Below, piece after piece: positions 60,343 through 64,000 of a DNA stretch of 64,000 bases. Source of the stretch: an uncultured Hyphomicrobiales bacterium (GTDB lineage Bacteria > Bacteroidota > Ignavibacteria > Kapaibacteriales > UBA2268); NCBI GenBank assembly GCA_964650885.1, contig CAZYXG010000002.1, positions 7,696-71,695 of the forward strand. Reading direction: 5' to 3'. Position 1 is the first letter of the stretch, and the number at the start of each line of letters is the position of its first letter. Under the pieces are notes generated by a model. It saw nothing but the letters and a program-made list of their open reading frames with translations, did not search any database and had not been told where the DNA came from. Position numbers and translations under genes: made by a program.

Positions 60343-60612
60343 ATGAAAAACTACCAAGCAAAAATTTATGTAACACTTAGAAGTGGCATACTTGATGTAC
60401 AAGGCAAAACTGTTGAACATGCTCTTCATTCTCTTGATTTCGATATGACTTCAAATGTGAGAGTTGGAAAGTATATTACTATGAATGTTGAAGCTCAAAA
60501 CGATGGTCAAGCTTTGGCGTTTGTAGAAAGTGCTTGCAAAAAACTTCTTTCGAACCCAGTAATTGAAGACTTCCAAGTTGAAATTATAGAACCAAAAGAG
60601 GATCAAGACTAA
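60343..60612 (+). CDS. purS: phosphoribosylformylglycinamidine synthase subunit PurS
   Basis: 89 aa; [22 protein letters not shown] is PurS-like. Confidence 0.85.
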   Translation: MKNYQAKIYVTLRSGILDVQGKTVEHALHSLDFDMTSNVRVGKYITMNVEAQNDGQALAFVESACKKLLSNPVIEDFQVEIIEPKEDQD

Positions 60613-61295
60613 TGAAATTTGGTGTTGTTTCTTTCCCAGGTTCTAATTGCGACCACGATGCTTTAACTGTAGCTAGCAACTTTGGCACTGCCGAAAAACT
60701 TTGGCATAAAGATACTGCAATTCCTTCTGGACTTGAGTGTGTTATTTTACCTGGTGGCTTTTCTTATGGAGATTACTTGCGTTGCGGAGCAGTTGCTCGT
60801 TTTTCTCCAATTATGGCAGAAGTTGTAAAGTTTGCAAATGCAGGTGGACTTGTTATAGGTATTTGCAATGGATTTCAAATTCTTACTGAAAGTGGACTTT
60901 TGCAAGGTGCTTTAGTTCGCAATTCAGGATTGAGTTTTATTTGCAAAGATGTTTATTTGAAAACTGAAAATAAATCAACAGCATTCACAAGTGCAATTGA
61001 AAAAGATGTTATCAGAATACCGGTTGCACATGGCGAAGGTAATTTTATAGCTAATGATGATTTATTGAAAGAACTTAAAGATAATAATCAAATTGCTTTC
61101 AGATACTGCTCTGCAAATGGTGAAGTATCTAATGAAGCAAACCCAAATGGTTCAACTGAAAATATTGCTGGAATTTTCAATAAAAATAAAAATGTGCTTG
61201 GCTTAATGCCACACCCAGAAAGATATTCAGAAAGTCTGCTTGGCGGCAACGATGGGCAAATGATTTTCAAATCACTTCTTAACTCTTTAAACTAA
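60612..61295 (+). CDS. purQ: phosphoribosylformylglycinamidine synthase glutaminase subunit PurQ
   Basis: [25 protein letters not shown], and the class-I GATase Cys block GICNGFQIL. Its start overlaps the purS stop (ATGA). Confidence 0.9.
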   Translation: MKFGVVSFPGSNCDHDALTVASNFGTAEKLWHKDTAIPSGLECVILPGGFSYGDYLRCGAVARFSPIMAEVVKFANAGGLVIGICNGFQILTESGLLQGALVRNSGLSFICKDVYLKTENKSTAFTSAIEKDVIRIPVAHGEGNFIANDDLLKELKDNNQIAFRYCSANGEVSNEANPNGSTENIAGIFNKNKNVLGLMPHPERYSESLLGGNDGQMIFKSLLNSLN

Positions 61296-61303
61296 GGAAA
61301 TTT

Positions 61304-61486
61304 ATGTTTGGATTAGGTGTTCCTGAATTACTATTGATAATAGTGGCAATAGCTTTTATGTTTGGTGGCAAAAAAATTCCTGAATTAATGAAAGGACTTG
61401 GTTCTGGAATTAAGGAATTTAAAAAAGCTTCTAATACTGATGAGCCTGAAACAAAAATAGAAGAAAAAACTAATACTCATCAATAG
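61304..61486 (+). CDS. tatA: twin-arginine translocase subunit TatA/E
   Basis: [33 protein letters not shown]: TM helix plus amphipathic helix with the conserved FG hinge. 60 aa. Confidence 0.85.
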   Translation: MFGLGVPELLLIIVAIAFMFGGKKIPELMKGLGSGIKEFKKASNTDEPETKIEEKTNTHQ

Positions 61487-61496
61487 GGTAAGTAAC

Positions 61497-61844
61497 TTGT
61501 TTGATATTGGTGCTGGCGAGCTAATGCTCATAGGTATTATTGTTATATTCCTTTTTGGCCCTGAAAAACTCCCTGAGTTTGCCAAAATGGTTAGCAAAGG
61601 AATGGGCAAAATGAAACAAGCCCAAGATGCCTTGAAAGATGGGCTAAGCACTATTCAAACTGAGATGAAATTCGATATTGATATTGATGCACCGCACTTA
61701 CCAAAACGAAGAGACCAAATTTACATTAATGATTTACCTACAATTCCTGCAAGTGAATTGGAAATTAAAAATTTAAATAGCTCCGATGAGCTTACCAAAA
61801 AACAAAATATTAACAAAGAAAATACCGAAGAAAATACTTTATGA
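61497..61844 (+). CDS. TatA/TatB-family protein (TatB-like), TTG start
   Basis: (L/M)FDIGAGELMLIGIIVIFLFGPEKLPEFAKMVSKGMGKMK: the same TM plus amphipathic architecture with a longer acidic tail (115 aa). The first codon is TTG. Confidence 0.6.
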   Translation: MFDIGAGELMLIGIIVIFLFGPEKLPEFAKMVSKGMGKMKQAQDALKDGLSTIQTEMKFDIDIDAPHLPKRRDQIYINDLPTIPASELEIKNLNSSDELTKKQNINKENTEENTL

Positions 61845-63259
61845 TTTTTTACGATAGCTTGCTTCAAAGCGTCAAAAATGGCGAAACAACATTTGAGAAA
61901 TTTACTGAAAGCATTTATAAGCAAATTGAATCAAGACCAAGCTTAAATTGCTTCATCACACTTAATAAAGATGCTGCATTGCTTGCTGCTAAAGAATCCG
62001 ATGCTAGAGTGCAATCTGGCAAAGCTCTTCCGCTCGATGGAATGATTATAGCTATTAAAGATAATTTTTCTACTAAAGGTATTAGAACTACTTGTGCTTC
62101 GCGCATACTTGAAAACTTTGAACCTATTTATAATGCTACAACCGTGCAAAGAGTTATTGATGCTGGTGCAATATTAATTGGTAAAACTAATATGGATGAA
62201 TTCGCCATGGGTTCATCGAATGAGACTTCCTACTTCGGCAATGTGAAAAATCCTTTCAATGAAAATAAAGTGCCAGGTGGTTCTTCTGGCGGTTCTGCCG
62301 CAGCAACTGCTGCTGGATTTTGCCATGTTGCTTTTGGCTCTGATACAGGTGGATCCATTCGTCAGCCAGCTTCGTTTTGTGGAGTGTATGGTTTTAAGCC
62401 AAGCTATGGAAGAATCTCAAGATACGGATTAATTGCATTTGCTTCATCGCTCGATACTGTGGGACTGTTTGCTTCAAGTGCAAATGATTTGGCTAGAGTT
62501 TTGGACGTTTTAAGTGGAGCTGACAAAAAAGACTCCACTTTAATAAAAGATTCTGCTATTAATTCATTTTCAAAATTAAACGAAAATCCCAATGTTAAGT
62601 CAGTTGGATTAATATCGCCCGATGAATTATCTAAATGCGACAAGGATATTCAGTTAACTTATAATAACTTAATCGAAAAATTGCATTCGAAAGGTATCAC
62701 AACAAAAGTTATAGAATTTGAACATACAGATGCTTGGATTCCTACATATTATGTGTTAGCAACAGCAGAATGTTCATCTAACTTATCTCGATTCGATGGT
62801 GTTCGTTTTGGTACTAGACCAGAGCTAGCAGAAGGGGATAGCTTATTTAAAAAAACTCGTAGCAATGGCTTTGGCGAAGAAGTAAAACGCCGCATTATGA
62901 CTGGCACTTATGTGTTATCGGGTGGTTATTACGATGCTTATTATAAGAAAGCCCAACAAGTTCGTAGAATTATTTTCAATAACTATGCTGCTGCATTTAG
63001 TGAAGTAGATTTTATATTAATGCCTACCACACCCTCGCACGCATTTGATTTCAAAGCTAAAAAAAGTAACCCACTTTCAATGTATTTGTCGGATTTCTTC
63101 ACTGCCTCGGCAAATCTGGCAGGTATCCCAGCAATCAATGTTCCAGCTGGCTTTACAGAATCTGAAAAACTACCTTATGGTATGCAAATTCAAGCAGCTT
63201 ATGGCAAAGATGAAGAAATAATGGCTTATGCAAATTGGATAGCTAAGCAATTAAATTGA
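61841..63259 (+). CDS. gatA: Glu/Asp-tRNA amidotransferase subunit A
   Basis: Amidase signature GGSSGGSAAATAAG...GSDTGGSIRQPA; catalytic Lys/Ser blocks (IAIKDNF...). 472 aa. Confidence 0.9.
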   Translation: MIFYDSLLQSVKNGETTFEKFTESIYKQIESRPSLNCFITLNKDAALLAAKESDARVQSGKALPLDGMIIAIKDNFSTKGIRTTCASRILENFEPIYNATTVQRVIDAGAILIGKTNMDEFAMGSSNETSYFGNVKNPFNENKVPGGSSGGSAAATAAGFCHVAFGSDTGGSIRQPASFCGVYGFKPSYGRISRYGLIAFASSLDTVGLFASSANDLARVLDVLSGADKKDSTLIKDSAINSFSKLNENPNVKSVGLISPDELSKCDKDIQLTYNNLIEKLHSKGITTKVIEFEHTDAWIPTYYVLATAECSSNLSRFDGVRFGTRPELAEGDSLFKKTRSNGFGEEVKRRIMTGTYVLSGGYYDAYYKKAQQVRRIIFNNYAAAFSEVDFILMPTTPSHAFDFKAKKSNPLSMYLSDFFTASANLAGIPAINVPAGFTESEKLPYGMQIQAAYGKDEEIMAYANWIAKQLN

Positions 63260-63384
63260 TCTAATGTTGAAGATAATTCTTAAGTTCATTGTTTTTTTAT
63301 GATGAAAAAATCATCAATATTGAAAATAAAATTTCATTGTTTATTGAATTTTAGTTAAATTAAATTTGTACTAAAGGAAAAAAT

Positions 63385-63693
63385 ATGAATATTCCAGACG
63401 ATCCGTTTATAATTGAGCTGCTTCCAGAATTCTTAGATAGCTGGATAGCCGATATGGATACGCAATTTGCTACATTGGTTGCTGCAAAAAATGAAAATGA
63501 CACTTACCGATTGGCACATACTCTTAAGGGGTCTTGTTTTCAATTCGGAATTGATGAAATTGGAAGAATGGGTGTGGAAATTATGGCACTTGTGAGAGCT
63601 CACGAATGGGACAAAGTTGCTAGTTACGAAGCACCATTAAAGCAAAAATTTGCTGAAACAAAGAAATTTATTGAAGAAAATTTAAATAAGTAG
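63385..63693 (+). CDS. stand-alone histidine-phosphotransfer (HPt) domain protein
   Basis: LAHTLKGSCFQFGIDEIGRMG matches the HPt consensus (H-x-LKG-s-a-x-G). ~100-aa four-helix-bundle size. Confidence 0.5.
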   Translation: MNIPDDPFIIELLPEFLDSWIADMDTQFATLVAAKNENDTYRLAHTLKGSCFQFGIDEIGRMGVEIMALVRAHEWDKVASYEAPLKQKFAETKKFIEENLNK

Positions 63694-63704
63694 TATGCTA
63701 AAAC

Positions 63705-64000
63705 ATTTTATTGCAATCTGTTTTTTGTCCTTATCTTGTTTCTCTCAAACAAGAATTGCCGTTATGCCTTTGGATAATATGGATGGCAAATTAGATAAGA
63801 ATGTTTGGTGCTATAATATGCAAGATACTTTATATAAAGAGTTGCTCAAAGCTGACCCTGAGCATAAATTTTATATTGTTGTGCCGCCAGATTCAATTGA
63901 AGATGAATTAGCTAAATTAAACCTCGACCCTGCTAACCCACAATACAAATCAGATGTTTGGAAAGCACTTGCAAATCTGAAAATCAAAAAAGTTGTTTTA
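63705..64000 (+). CDS. hypothetical secreted protein, 5' fragment (runs off the window end)
   Basis: ATG at 63705. MLKHFIAICFLSLSCFSQTRIAVMPLDN... has a signal peptide/lipobox-like start. The ORF is open to the window end, so it is not in the supplied track. Confidence 0.4.

Noticed and set aside
1625-62643. Numerous 60-110-aa ORFs in the track that are antisense to, or nested in, long genes (e.g. 1625-1837, 2714-3025, 8675-8902, 26406-26729, 40093-40335, 58304-58609, 61943-62149)
   Set aside because: They lie wholly within well-supported CDSs on the opposite strand or in another frame, are low-complexity, and have no recognisable motifs. They are by-products of the AT-rich composition.
63299-63316. 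Hairpin ATGATG-AAAAAA-TCATCA after gatA as a terminator
   Set aside because: The T-run precedes rather than follows the stem on the plus strand, and the stem is AT-only. It is not a convincing intrinsic terminator.
1-64000. CRISPR arrays, rRNA and tRNA genes
   Set aside because: No regularly spaced direct repeats, no rRNA-like conserved stretches and no tRNA T-arm consensus were seen in any intergenic gap. The gaps are all under 460 bp and AT-rich.

Overview
AT-rich, tightly packed chromosomal segment with housekeeping content. It looks Bacteroidota/Ignavibacteriota-like: several proteins end in type IX secretion (T9SS) C-terminal sorting domains, Shine-Dalgarno motifs are mostly absent, and it encodes a GT4 glycosyltransferase and SusC-like/PorV-like outer-membrane proteins. 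The window sits in the origin-proximal region: dnaA lies at 9.6 kb on the + strand, while dnaN-recF-DUF721-gyrB lie at 54-58.7 kb on the - strand, with sharp strand-bias switch points at ~9.4 kb and ~58.8 kb. Other clearly recognisable blocks are: yceD-rpmF-plsX-fabH-fabD-fabG-acpP-fabF-rnc; recG; mgtE; fbaB (class I aldolase); rpe; an L-lysine 6-aminotransferase-like gene; psd-pssA; purS-purQ; tatA/tatB-like; gatA; and a PhoB/PhoR-like two-component pair co-transcribed with an ECF sigma factor. No rRNA, tRNA, CRISPR array, transposase or integrase was found. The least ordinary parts are: (i) a 557-aa coiled-coil protein with a C-terminal HNH nuclease, sitting beside a decayed MNT-type nucleotidyltransferase pseudogene, which looks like a remnant defence/toxin-antitoxin islet; (ii) a T9SS-rich stretch (6.8-29.7 kb) carrying an uncharacterised polytopic membrane protein, a giant C25 (gingipain/PorU-like) peptidase with a CTD, a Lon-like S16 protease with a degenerate Walker A (LonC-like), a PorV/FadL-like barrel next to a minimal 155-aa CTD-only cargo, and a 1655-aa VWA-WD40-Ig-CTD protein; (iii) an intrinsic-terminator-like hairpin in the mgtE leader. 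All calls rest on reading the translations and DNA by eye; no searches were run.
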